Shown here piece by piece: positions 27,432 through 36,422 of a stretch of DNA of 64,000 nucleotides (positions within the stretch are counted from its first letter, which is position 1; every line of letters begins with the position of its first letter). Under the pieces are notes generated by a model. The model worked only from the letters and a program-made list of their open reading frames with translations, ran no database searches and had not been told where the DNA came from. Where the stretch lies: positions 11,574 through 75,573 of the forward strand of contig JAGPFL010000001.1 in assembly GCA_018056545.1 (NCBI GenBank), written 5' to 3'. The position numbers were made by a program, and so were the translations under genes. The DNA is from Syntrophobacterales bacterium (GTDB lineage: Bacteria; Desulfobacterota; Syntrophia; Syntrophales; UBA8958).

Positions 27432-28316
27432 ATGCGGGGCGGGGTCCTGGCCGGCCTGTTTTTCCTGGTCCTGACCACTTTTCTTGTGGAATTCGCCGGG
27501 GCGCAACCGCCGGACTTCCGGAATTCCCTGGGTATGACCTTCGTGTGGATTCCCCCCGGCGATTTCATGATGGGGGCAGCGGGTCAGGAATCCGGCCGTG
27601 GTAGCGATGAACCGCGGCATCAGGTGACCATCACCCGGCCTTTCTACCTTCAGAACCGGGAAGTTACCCAGGGTCAATGGGAGCAGGTCATGGGGAGCAA
27701 TCCCTCCCGATTCCGATCCTGCGGCAGAGAATGTCCGGTGGAACAGGTTTCCTGGCATGACGTCCAGGAGTTTATCCGCCGCCTCAATGCCCGGGAGGGG
27801 AAGGAAGTGTACCGGCTCCCCACGGAGGCGGAATGGGAATACGCCGCCCGGGGAGCGGACCGCAACGATCCCGGTGCCGGTTTCCTCTATCTGACCGGTG
27901 GGGACTCCCCGCCGCTGTTGGAAGAGGCGGCCTGGTACAAGGGGAATAGTTGTCTGGCGGGGACGGGTACCTGGGGACTCAATGATTCCAGTTACTACTT
28001 CGATGGCGCGGAATATGCCCCGGAATGCGGTCCCCGGCCCGGGGGAAGAAAAAGGCCCAATTCCTGGGGACTTTACGATATGTTGGGTAATGTATGGGAG
28101 TGGGTTCAGGATTGGCATGGTCCCTATCCGACGGGGCCGGTGGTCGATCCTGTCGGTCCGTCCGGGGGAGAGCTCCGCGTTTACCGGGGGGGGAGCTGGC
28201 TAAGCTCTCCCGGGTATTGTCTTCCCGCGGTCCGGGGCGGTGCAGAGCCGGGGCTACGGGATATGGCCGTGGGCTTCCGCCTGGTGCGAGCGGTGTCGCC
28301 GGTGCCTTTTCGTTAA
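27432..28316 (+). CDS. Secreted FGE-sulfatase-domain protein, paralog 2
   Basis: ORF 27408..28316; probable start is ATG 27432 (MRGGVLAGLFFLVL signal). Same motif set as paralog 1 (CPVEQVSWHDVQEFIRRLN, RLPTEAEWEYAARG, WGLYDMLGNVWEWV, RGGSW, VGFRLVR). Confidence 0.8.
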   Translation: MRGGVLAGLFFLVLTTFLVEFAGAQPPDFRNSLGMTFVWIPPGDFMMGAAGQESGRGSDEPRHQVTITRPFYLQNREVTQGQWEQVMGSNPSRFRSCGRECPVEQVSWHDVQEFIRRLNAREGKEVYRLPTEAEWEYAARGADRNDPGAGFLYLTGGDSPPLLEEAAWYKGNSCLAGTGTWGLNDSSYYFDGAEYAPECGPRPGGRKRPNSWGLYDMLGNVWEWVQDWHGPYPTGPVVDPVGPSGGELRVYRGGSWLSSPGYCLPAVRGGAEPGLRDMAVGFRLVRAVSPVPFR

Positions 28317-28338
28317 GGGCCCCCCATCCCCGCGGCCT

Positions 28339-28854
28339 TCATTTGCTCCCGGCTTCCCTGATTTCGAGCAGGAAGAGATTCTGCGACTTTAGGAACGAAG
28401 GTTTCACGAGGTAATTCAGGGCCGGATCCATGTCCAGGACGATACGGAGATTCCTTTTCTTCCGGTCATGATAGGAGCGCATCTGCTTGATGTGCTTGCC
28501 GTTGACGATCACCCGGGACTGTTGCTCCTGGGTGATGCTCTTGACGGGACGGAGATCGAGAATTATCCGGGGGTTGCTGCCTTCCAGGCGGGAAAACTCC
28601 GGGATGTAGAACCGGTCGAGGAATATCTGGAGGATCTCCTTTTCCAGCTCGATTTTCAGCGATATTTCCTTGATATTGACCGGCGTTGCAGAGGACGCGG
28701 CTGCCGGCAGGCGCTGGTTTTTGCCTTTTCCCTTTACTTCCCCCCCCACCGGCGCCGGGCATGCAGTCCAGACCAAGGCGCAGGACAGCACCAACGCCAT
28801 GAGCCGGGGCAGATAGTCTTTGGCCATGAGAGGAAGTGAAGGTCCTTTATTCAT
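28339..28854 (-). CDS. Exported AMIN-domain-like protein
   Basis: 171 aa. Signal/lipobox-like LMALVLSCAL...TAC. The C-terminal ~100 aa resemble an AMIN domain (LEGSNPRIILDLRPV ... LRIVLDMDP). Start uncertain (28854 or 28827). Confidence 0.5.
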   Translation of the reverse strand: MNKGPSLPLMAKDYLPRLMALVLSCALVWTACPAPVGGEVKGKGKNQRLPAAASSATPVNIKEISLKIELEKEILQIFLDRFYIPEFSRLEGSNPRIILDLRPVKSITQEQQSRVIVNGKHIKQMRSYHDRKKRNLRIVLDMDPALNYLVKPSFLKSQNLFLLEIREAGSK

Positions 28855-28919
28855 AGGTGGCCGTCTTTATAACATGATGGGCTTTCTTTGTAAAAGACGT
28901 TTCTTGATTGGAACGACCG

Positions 28920-28947
28920 CCGCGGTTACGGCCGGCCGTGACCGCGG
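28920..28947. repeat. 28-bp GC-rich inverted repeat in a divergent promoter region (candidate operator)
   Basis: CCGCGGTTACGGCC|GGCCGTGACCGCGG: 14-bp arms with one mismatch and no spacer. It lies between the divergently transcribed AMIN gene (start 28854) and the sugar transferase (start 29013). Confidence 0.5.
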
Positions 28948-29012
28948 GGACTTAACGATCAGGGAAAACCTCGAAAACGATGGTCAGTAACCGGCGTTAA
29001 TACCAAAGAATC

Positions 29013-30473
29013 ATGATCAAACGGGAAGAGCGCTATTACTCTTATATAATAATCTGTATGGATTATCTGGCGGTCCTGGCGGCCTATGCCGTCGCCGCAC
29101 CCCTGTCCGGATGGCTTATTTCCCGGTTGTATCCCGAGAGCGGGACATGGTTGCCCGGGGGGGGCTTTTGGACGGTGATAGCGCCTCATTGGTGGCATTT
29201 CTACGATATCTTTTTCCCTCTCCTCCTCTTTCCCCTCCTGGCCATGAATCTCACCCATGTCTATCGTCTGAGCCGGATCTCCTCTCTGGGGGGGATGCTG
29301 CGGCAAACCGCCCCGCTCTTCCTGATCAGCGGTTTCTTGCTGTTCGCCTTTTTTGTTTTTACCACCCGTTATCTGGAAATGGCGGTGATGATCACCCTCG
29401 TCATGATTGTGACCTGGTGCTTTTTTCTTGCCGACCGCCTGTTGTTGGTCTTATTCCTACGCAAGGGCATGCGCCAGGAGGAAGTGCTGAACCATCTTCT
29501 GATTGTAGGGACGGGACGGCGGGCGGTGGAGACGGCCCGGACCTTTTCCCGACATCGGGAGTGGCCGGTCCGCGTGGTCGGTTTCTTGAGTGATCAGAGC
29601 GAGGAAGTGGGGGGCACCAAAGAGGGCCTTCCCATCCTGGGAGGGATCGAAGACTTGCCCAAGGTGCTTACCACAACCGTGGTGGACAGTGTCCTTGTTT
29701 CCGAAACCATCCGGGAACTGGTTGTTCTCCGACAGATCGCGGCCCTTTGCGATCTCGCGGGGGTGGATTTCACCTTGAATTCGTCCTTGGTTTCCGGAAA
29801 GCCTAAGGCCCCGTTTCTGGAGCGCTACGATCAAACGAATCTCCTGGTCTACAAATTCGTCGATCCCGCCCCCTTCAAGCTCTTCGTCAAGCGCCTCCTC
29901 GACCTGACGGCGGCGTCCTGCCTTATCGTCGCCCTGATACCCCTGTGGATCGTCGTTCCCCTCCTCATCTATCTCGATTCCCCGGGCCCGATATTGTTCG
30001 CCCAGGAACGGGTGGGAAAGAACGGCCGGCGGTTCAGGATGTGGAAGTTCCGTTCCATGATCCCCGACGCCGACCGGATGAAGGCCTCCCTGGCCCACCT
30101 CAACGAAATGGACGGTCCGGTTTTCAAGATCAGGGACGATCCGCGTATCACCAAGATGGGAAAATTCATCAGGAAAACGAGCATCGACGAGCTGCCCCAG
30201 TTGTTCAACGTCTTGGTGGGCAACATGAGTCTCGTCGGTCCCCGTCCCCCCGTCCCGGGGGAAGTGGCCCAGTACGGTCTCTGGCAGAAGAAACGTCTGT
30301 CCGTGAAACCGGGCATTACCTGCCTGTGGCAGATCAGCGGCCGGAACGAGATCAAGTTCGACGAGTGGATGCGGCTGGACCGACAGTACATCGACAACTG
30401 GTCGTTGCGCCTGGATATCATGATCCTCCTCAAGACCGTTGGGGTTGTGCTGTCGCGGAAAGGGGCGGAATAA
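29013..30473 (+). CDS. Polyprenyl-phosphate glycosyl-1-phosphate transferase (WbaP/EpsB-type priming sugar transferase)
   Basis: 486 aa. N-terminal TM bundle and C-terminal bacterial sugar transferase domain: LDSPGPILFAQERVGKNGRRFRMWKFRSM, DELPQLFNVLVGNMSLVGPRP. Confidence 0.85.
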   Translation: MIKREERYYSYIIICMDYLAVLAAYAVAAPLSGWLISRLYPESGTWLPGGGFWTVIAPHWWHFYDIFFPLLLFPLLAMNLTHVYRLSRISSLGGMLRQTAPLFLISGFLLFAFFVFTTRYLEMAVMITLVMIVTWCFFLADRLLLVLFLRKGMRQEEVLNHLLIVGTGRRAVETARTFSRHREWPVRVVGFLSDQSEEVGGTKEGLPILGGIEDLPKVLTTTVVDSVLVSETIRELVVLRQIAALCDLAGVDFTLNSSLVSGKPKAPFLERYDQTNLLVYKFVDPAPFKLFVKRLLDLTAASCLIVALIPLWIVVPLLIYLDSPGPILFAQERVGKNGRRFRMWKFRSMIPDADRMKASLAHLNEMDGPVFKIRDDPRITKMGKFIRKTSIDELPQLFNVLVGNMSLVGPRPPVPGEVAQYGLWQKKRLSVKPGITCLWQISGRNEIKFDEWMRLDRQYIDNWSLRLDIMILLKTVGVVLSRKGAE

Positions 30474-30606
30474 ACGAGAATGAGGACATCGGCAGCGGCA
30501 ACCGGCGCGGGCGGGAAGGAACGACCGCGCCGGCGTCCGTAGCTGCGTAAGGTGATAAAAGTCAACCGGTAACAGAAATATGGTCTCAATATGATGAGGT
30601 GATGAA

Positions 30607-32220
30607 ATGACGGGCATTTTGAAAAAATTATGGCGATCCGGCAAGAGCAAGGAGTTCGACCAGGCCATGGAGTTGTACAACGCCCGACGTTATGCCGAGG
30701 CGGTGCCGAAATTCGAGGCCATTATGACGGCGAGGAAGGGATCCGGCGACGTCTATTACAACCTGGCCGCGGTTTATTGCAGCCAGTCCTACCATCACCT
30801 CGGGTTTCGTGAATTCCTCCAGGGTCAATATGCCCGGGCCTGCATAAACTTTGAGAAGGCGATCGAATTCCAGCCCGGGCAACTGGACATCTACCTATTC
30901 ATCGGTGTCTGCCGGAACAATATGCGGGACTACGAGGAAGCCTCCGAGGCGTTCCAACTGCTTCTGACCCTCGACCATTCCCGATCTTCGGTCCGGATCA
31001 TGCAGGGGATCGTCCTCCACAACCTCCAGGACTGGGAGCGGTCCGTCAAACATCATCGCGCCATCCTCCAGGACTTTCCCTACTACCCGGATATTCATTA
31101 TCGCCATGGCCTGGCCCTGGTGGCACTGGACAGGTTCCATGAAGCCCGGGATGCCTTCCAGCGGGCGGCCGCCCTGAATCCCGACTATAAGGGGGCGCTG
31201 CTGGAACTGGCGTTGATCAACGCTTACTTCGGTTCCGAAGATGAGGCAGACAAGCTCATCGACCGGGCGGCCGCCCGGAATCCATTGGATACGGCCATTT
31301 ATTACGCCCGGGGCTCCATCCTCCTGGAACGCCGGGACTGGGAAGGGGCCGCTGCGGCGTTTCGGGAAATCCTCGCCTTGGCGCCGGAGGACATCAATGC
31401 CATGATCAACCTGGCCCTGGTTTTTGTACAAAAGGGGAATCTATCAGGGGCCCTGGAGATCTTCAACCGGCTCGGAAAGTTGAAACCTCAGGACCGGAGG
31501 TTCGCAAAGGCGGCGGCGGTCCTGACCGCCGCCCGGAGCACCCCGGCGGAACATCCCCGACCGCTGGACGAACTCCGTCCCTATTTTCGTTCCGTGACCC
31601 TGATCGACAACATGAAACGGGATCTCACCCGTCATGTGGACATCGCCCCCGATTTCGAGGACATCGTAAAGCTCATTTTCAGCCTGCCGGAGAGCGACAG
31701 CCACCTGTGCCGGCCCTTTCTCGACTTCATCGAGGAATACACGGCCAAGCACCCCGATTATCCCGATTTGTACTACAGCCTCGGGCTGCTTTACCTACGG
31801 CTGCAGCAGGACGCCGAGGGAGAGAGGGCCCTGCGGGCGGCGCTGCTTCTCAATCCCCGTTATCTGAAAGCGCGCCTGAGTCTCTTTTCCTACCTCAAGG
31901 AGAAGGGGAAGGACGATGCGGCGCTGGTGGAGGGAGAGATACTCTTGCAGGAGGCCGAGCCGGGCCCCGATCTGGTTACCGATCTGGCGGAGATCTGCCT
32001 CCGGTGCGGGGAAACGGACCGGGCCCTCTCCCTGGCCACCGCCGCCCGGGAGAAAAACGACCACTATGCCCGGGCCTGGCTGGTGGAAGCTCAAGCCCTG
32101 GAGAAACTCGGACGGCGGGGAGAGGCAGCCGCGGCGGCCAAGGCCTGCCTCGCGGCGTCCGCCGATACCGCCGTTACGGCGGCGGCTCTGGCGTTGCAGC
32201 AAAGGATCGGGAATTCATAG
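30607..32220 (+). CDS. TPR-repeat protein
   Basis: 537 aa. Tandem 34-aa-like repeats with W/Y-A-Y-A-P spacing throughout. No signal peptide seen. Confidence 0.7.
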   Translation: MTGILKKLWRSGKSKEFDQAMELYNARRYAEAVPKFEAIMTARKGSGDVYYNLAAVYCSQSYHHLGFREFLQGQYARACINFEKAIEFQPGQLDIYLFIGVCRNNMRDYEEASEAFQLLLTLDHSRSSVRIMQGIVLHNLQDWERSVKHHRAILQDFPYYPDIHYRHGLALVALDRFHEARDAFQRAAALNPDYKGALLELALINAYFGSEDEADKLIDRAAARNPLDTAIYYARGSILLERRDWEGAAAAFREILALAPEDINAMINLALVFVQKGNLSGALEIFNRLGKLKPQDRRFAKAAAVLTAARSTPAEHPRPLDELRPYFRSVTLIDNMKRDLTRHVDIAPDFEDIVKLIFSLPESDSHLCRPFLDFIEEYTAKHPDYPDLYYSLGLLYLRLQQDAEGERALRAALLLNPRYLKARLSLFSYLKEKGKDDAALVEGEILLQEAEPGPDLVTDLAEICLRCGETDRALSLATAAREKNDHYARAWLVEAQALEKLGRRGEAAAAAKACLAASADTAVTAAALALQQRIGNS

Positions 32221-32260
32221 ACAAGCCGGACCGCCAAACGAGGGGCGGGATGCTTCGTGT

Positions 32261-33289
32261 TCAAATACTGTCGGCACAAATATTGTTTCTTCCCCGGGCT
32301 TTTGCCTCGTAGAGCAGCCGGTCCACTTTACGGATCAGCTCATTTTCCCTGGGATCGGGGGCGCCTTTGACGGTGAGTAGCCCGCCGCTGAGGGTGACCG
32401 CTACGTTGTTCCCCCGGATGGAAAGGGGTTGGGCGGCGCATTGCGCATGGATCCGGGCGGCGATCTTCTTCGCCTCCTCGGCGCCGATGTCGGTCATGAG
32501 GATCATGAACTCGTCCCCCCCGTAGCGACAGACAACATCCAGTTTGTCCCGCAGACAGGTCTTGAATGTTTTCGCCAGCTTCTTAAGGACGATGTCGCCC
32601 CCGTCGTGTCCTAAGGTGTCGTTGATCTTCTTGAAATGGTCGATATCCAGCATCAACAGGGAGAATACCCCCCGATGCCGCTTCATCCTCGCCAACTCCT
32701 CCCGGAGACGGATCTCGAAGATGTTCCGAATGAACAGGCCCGTCAGGGAATCGTGGGTGGCCAAGTGGAAGAGAGACGAGTTTTCCAGGGAGATGGCGAT
32801 CACCGTGGTCAAAATATGCAACATCTGCATTTCCTTGGTGGTTCGTTGCCGGTTGTCGGATGTGGTTACGGCGACTACGCCGATGATCTTCGCGCCGATC
32901 CCCGCCAGGGGGAGGCATAGACAGAATCCTTCCCCCGCATCTCCTTTCGCCGCCGGCATGGGATAGTCGTATCCCCGGCGATTGGGATAAATGTGGAACT
33001 CCTTGTTTATCATTATCTCTTCCAAAGGTGTCCCCGGAAAGGGGATCGCCTCGTGGACGACCTGGAACCGGCGATCCTTGAACAACCCCTCCAGGCAGAA
33101 ATGACTTTCGCTTTCCCGCCAGATGTAAAGAGCTGCATTCTTGTTGGCGCTGAAATCGGAAAGGGCCTCCAAGGCCCTTTCCAACAGAACTTCCCTTTGC
33201 AGATCCAGGGCCATCAGCCGGGTGGCGTAATTTAGAATGATCAGGCAGTCTTCGTTGTCCAGCAAGGCTTGGGTTCGGATGTCGTTCAT
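32261..33289 (-). CDS. GAF-GGDEF diguanylate cyclase
   Basis: ORF 32261..33391, with the start moved to ATG 33289 (GGGGGA RBS). GAF-like N-terminus and a GGDEF domain with intact RYGGDEF and ...LLYEAKARGRNN. Confidence 0.8.
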   Translation of the reverse strand: MNDIRTQALLDNEDCLIILNYATRLMALDLQREVLLERALEALSDFSANKNAALYIWRESESHFCLEGLFKDRRFQVVHEAIPFPGTPLEEIMINKEFHIYPNRRGYDYPMPAAKGDAGEGFCLCLPLAGIGAKIIGVVAVTTSDNRQRTTKEMQMLHILTTVIAISLENSSLFHLATHDSLTGLFIRNIFEIRLREELARMKRHRGVFSLLMLDIDHFKKINDTLGHDGGDIVLKKLAKTFKTCLRDKLDVVCRYGGDEFMILMTDIGAEEAKKIAARIHAQCAAQPLSIRGNNVAVTLSGGLLTVKGAPDPRENELIRKVDRLLYEAKARGRNNICADSI

Positions 33290-33465
33290 TGTTCCCCCGC
33301 TTATGTAATATCGTCTGGGGCACACGAACTCACTAGCCCGTGTCCCGTGAGCGCTCGCTGTCCCTATACCACGACGGTGTTGATTAGGCAACGGTTCGAG
33401 ATGCGGAAAATTTTGACTTTTTTCAGGAAGTTGAATATATTTTTCCCGTCGATATCGAGTTTTTG

Positions 33466-35961
33466 ATGTCTCGGACTTGTAACGGTGTCTACAGCGATTG
33501 TATTATGAAAGAAGCGAACGCAGAGCGCCCCCGTACCGATTCATCCCTGGCGATTACGGAATCCCTCTTTCACAGCATCGTGGATCATATGCTGGACGCC
33601 CTGCTGATTCTCGACTGGAACGGCGTCATCATCTTCGCGAATCGGGCGGCGGCCGATCTGGTCGAGTTGGCGTCGCCGGAAGAGGGAATCGGCCGCAACG
33701 CCGCCGAATTCATTCACCCCGATTTTTATGAGACCGTGCTCACCGACCTGTTGAACGTCCGAGAGGGCGGCGGCGGTTATCTGAATCGTTACAAGGTGAT
33801 AACGAACCGCGGTCGGGAGCGCTGGGTCGAAGGGCTGGGGACGCGGATACCCCTGGGGGACGGGACGGCCAACTTGGTGACGATCCGGGATATCGGGGAG
33901 ATCAAGGAATCCGAACGAATGCTCCAGGAGCGGGAAACCCGCCTCCGGGAGCTCTCCGTGCTGCAGCAGGCCGTCCTGGACGGAGCCAATTACTCCATCA
34001 TTTCCACCGGTCCCGACGGGACGATCAAGACCTTCAACGCCGCCGCCGAGCGCTGGCTCGGCTGGCGGGCCGAGGAGTTGATCGGCCGCCACACCCCGGC
34101 GGTCTTCCATGACCCGGAAGAGATCCGCCTGCGGGCGGCGGAATTGTCCCGGGAACTGGGTACGGACATCCCGCCGGGCTTCGAGGTTTTTGTCGCCAAG
34201 ACCCGCCTCGGCATCCCCGACGAACAGGAGTGGACTTACATCCGGAAAGACAGGAGCCGTTTTCCCGTTTCCCTTTCCGTGACGGTGTTGCAGAGTGCGG
34301 ACGGCGAGATAACGGGCTTCCTGGGGATCGGAAGCGATATCACCGCCCGCCGTCAGGCGGAGGAAGAACTGCGCAAGCTCTCCCAGGCCGTAAAACAGAG
34401 CCCGGTGGCGGTGATCATCACTACTCCGGACGGTAAAATGGATTATGTGAATCCCCGTTTTACGGAGCTGACCGGGTACACCGCCGCGGAGGCGGCGGGT
34501 CAAAATCCCCGGATCCTGAAATCGGGGGAAAAGACCGCGGCGGAGTACCGGGAGCTCTGGGAGACGATCTGCTCCGGACGGATCTGGCAGGGCGTCTTTC
34601 ATAACCGGAAGAAAGACGGCGGCTATTACTGGGCCTCGGCTTCCATATCGCCGATCAAAAACGCCTCCGGGGAAATCACCCATTTTGTGGGCATCCAGGA
34701 GGACATCACGTCCCTCAAGATGACGGAACAGGCCCTGAAGGAGGCGAAAGAAGCTGCCGAGGCCGCCAACATCGCCAAGAGTGAATTCTTGGCCGGTATG
34801 AGTCATGAGATCCGGACGCCCATGAATGCCATCATCGGCATGGCGGAACTCCTGGCCGAAACGCCGTTGAACCCGGAACAGCAGCAGTATCTGCAGATAT
34901 TCCGGTCCGCCGGCGAGAGCCTCCTGAGTCTGATAAACGATATCCTCGATTTATCCAAAGTGGAAGCGGGGCGTCTTATCCTGGACACCTCCCCCTTCCA
35001 TCTCGGGGAAGTAGTGGAAAAGACTTGCGAGATCATGTCCGTCCGGGCCCATCAAAAAGGCATCGAACTGGCCTGCCGGATTGCCCCCGATGTCTCCATG
35101 GACCTCCTGGGCGACGCCCCCCGCCTCCAGCAGGTCCTCATCAATCTTATCGGTAATGCCGTCAAGTTCACCGATAAGGGGGAGGTCATCGTCCAGGTGG
35201 ACTGCGCCGAAGCGGACCGCCCGTCGGGGAAGGATAACGAATGCCTCCTCCACTTTTCCGTCCGGGACACCGGAATCGGGATCCCGGCGGACAAGCAGGA
35301 GCGGATTTTCGAGCGTTTCACCCAGGCCGATGCCTCGACGACGAAAAAATACGGCGGCACCGGCCTGGGCTTGACCATCTCCCGGCAACTGGTGGAACTC
35401 ATGGGGGGCAGGATCTGGCTGGAGAGCGAGTTCGGCCGGGGAAGCGTCTTTCATTTTACAGCGCGTTTCCGACGTGGGGAGGCCATCGCCCCTTCCGAAA
35501 CGATCGCCGTGATCCCCCCCCGGGCGGAGACACGGCCCCTGCGCATCCTCCTGGTGGACGATTCGGACGACAACCGGTTTCTCATGAAGGCCTATCTCAA
35601 GAACACCCCCCACACCGTGGAGATGGCGGAAAACGGCGCCCAGGCTGCGGAAAAATTTCGGGGCGGTGATTACGATCTGGTGCTCATGGATATGCAGATG
35701 CCCGTCATGGACGGATACACGGCGACCCGGGCCATAAGGTCATGGGAGCAGGAACAGGGGCGGCGGCGTACCCCCATCGTGGCTCTGACGGCTTACGCCC
35801 TGAAGGAAGACGAGGAGAAAAGTCTCGCGGCGGGTTGTGACGCCCATCTGACCAAGCCGATAAAAAAGGCCCGCCTCATGGACGTCATTGCGTCCTGCAC
35901 CGCGGGGAACTGCCGGGAAGAGGTCGCCGGAGAAGAAACCGGCAAGAAGACCGAACGATGA
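33466..35961 (+). CDS. PAS-domain hybrid sensor histidine kinase with C-terminal receiver
   Basis: About 830 aa. Three PAS-like modules, H-box MSHEIRTPMNAIIG, HATPase_c (DTGIGI, GGTGLGL), receiver LLVDDSDDN...MDMQMPVMDG...KP. Start ambiguous (33463/33466/33505). Confidence 0.85.
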   Translation: MSRTCNGVYSDCIMKEANAERPRTDSSLAITESLFHSIVDHMLDALLILDWNGVIIFANRAAADLVELASPEEGIGRNAAEFIHPDFYETVLTDLLNVREGGGGYLNRYKVITNRGRERWVEGLGTRIPLGDGTANLVTIRDIGEIKESERMLQERETRLRELSVLQQAVLDGANYSIISTGPDGTIKTFNAAAERWLGWRAEELIGRHTPAVFHDPEEIRLRAAELSRELGTDIPPGFEVFVAKTRLGIPDEQEWTYIRKDRSRFPVSLSVTVLQSADGEITGFLGIGSDITARRQAEEELRKLSQAVKQSPVAVIITTPDGKMDYVNPRFTELTGYTAAEAAGQNPRILKSGEKTAAEYRELWETICSGRIWQGVFHNRKKDGGYYWASASISPIKNASGEITHFVGIQEDITSLKMTEQALKEAKEAAEAANIAKSEFLAGMSHEIRTPMNAIIGMAELLAETPLNPEQQQYLQIFRSAGESLLSLINDILDLSKVEAGRLILDTSPFHLGEVVEKTCEIMSVRAHQKGIELACRIAPDVSMDLLGDAPRLQQVLINLIGNAVKFTDKGEVIVQVDCAEADRPSGKDNECLLHFSVRDTGIGIPADKQERIFERFTQADASTTKKYGGTGLGLTISRQLVELMGGRIWLESEFGRGSVFHFTARFRRGEAIAPSETIAVIPPRAETRPLRILLVDDSDDNRFLMKAYLKNTPHTVEMAENGAQAAEKFRGGDYDLVLMDMQMPVMDGYTATRAIRSWEQEQGRRRTPIVALTAYALKEDEEKSLAAGCDAHLTKPIKKARLMDVIASCTAGNCREEVAGEETGKKTER

Positions 35962-36018
35962 GAAAGAAAGAAAGAGGAATCTCTACCCGCAATACCTCGC
36001 AGCTTGCTGCGGGGACGT

Positions 36019-36240
36019 TCATTCCTGCCATTCAACGCGGTTTCTGCCGTTGTTCTTGGCCACGTACAAGGCCTGATCGGCCTTGTCCAACAGCTCCGTC
36101 GCCGAATTTTCACGGGATGGAGACAGGACGGCGCCGCAGAGACTGATCGTCACAAGATGAATCAACAAATTTTGCAGATCCAAGGGCAGTGCTTCGCCGC
36201 GGTGCTGCGCCGGGCGGTCGTTGCGAACCATCCTTCGCAC
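36019..36240 (-). pseudogene. Relic of the C-terminal end of a GGDEF-domain gene
   Basis: 73-codon ORF ending ...VTISLCGAVLSPSRENSATELLDKADQALYVAKNNGRNRVEW, the canonical tail of a GGDEF domain. No GGDEF strand or N-terminal domain is present upstream. Confidence 0.55.
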
Positions 36241-36422
36241 TGCAAAAGCCGTTTCCCGTTTTCCCCCCCTCCGCGCGGTGCCGCCGGGGAAACACCGGAT
36301 AGTTAGTTAAGAAAAAAATCAAATAATACCGGGGGATGTTGCCTTTAGTCCCGTGCCTCGGAAGGCTTTGGTACGGATTCTGCTTATGGGCGGGTGATTT
36401 TTCCGAAAAAGGAGACAGGTTC

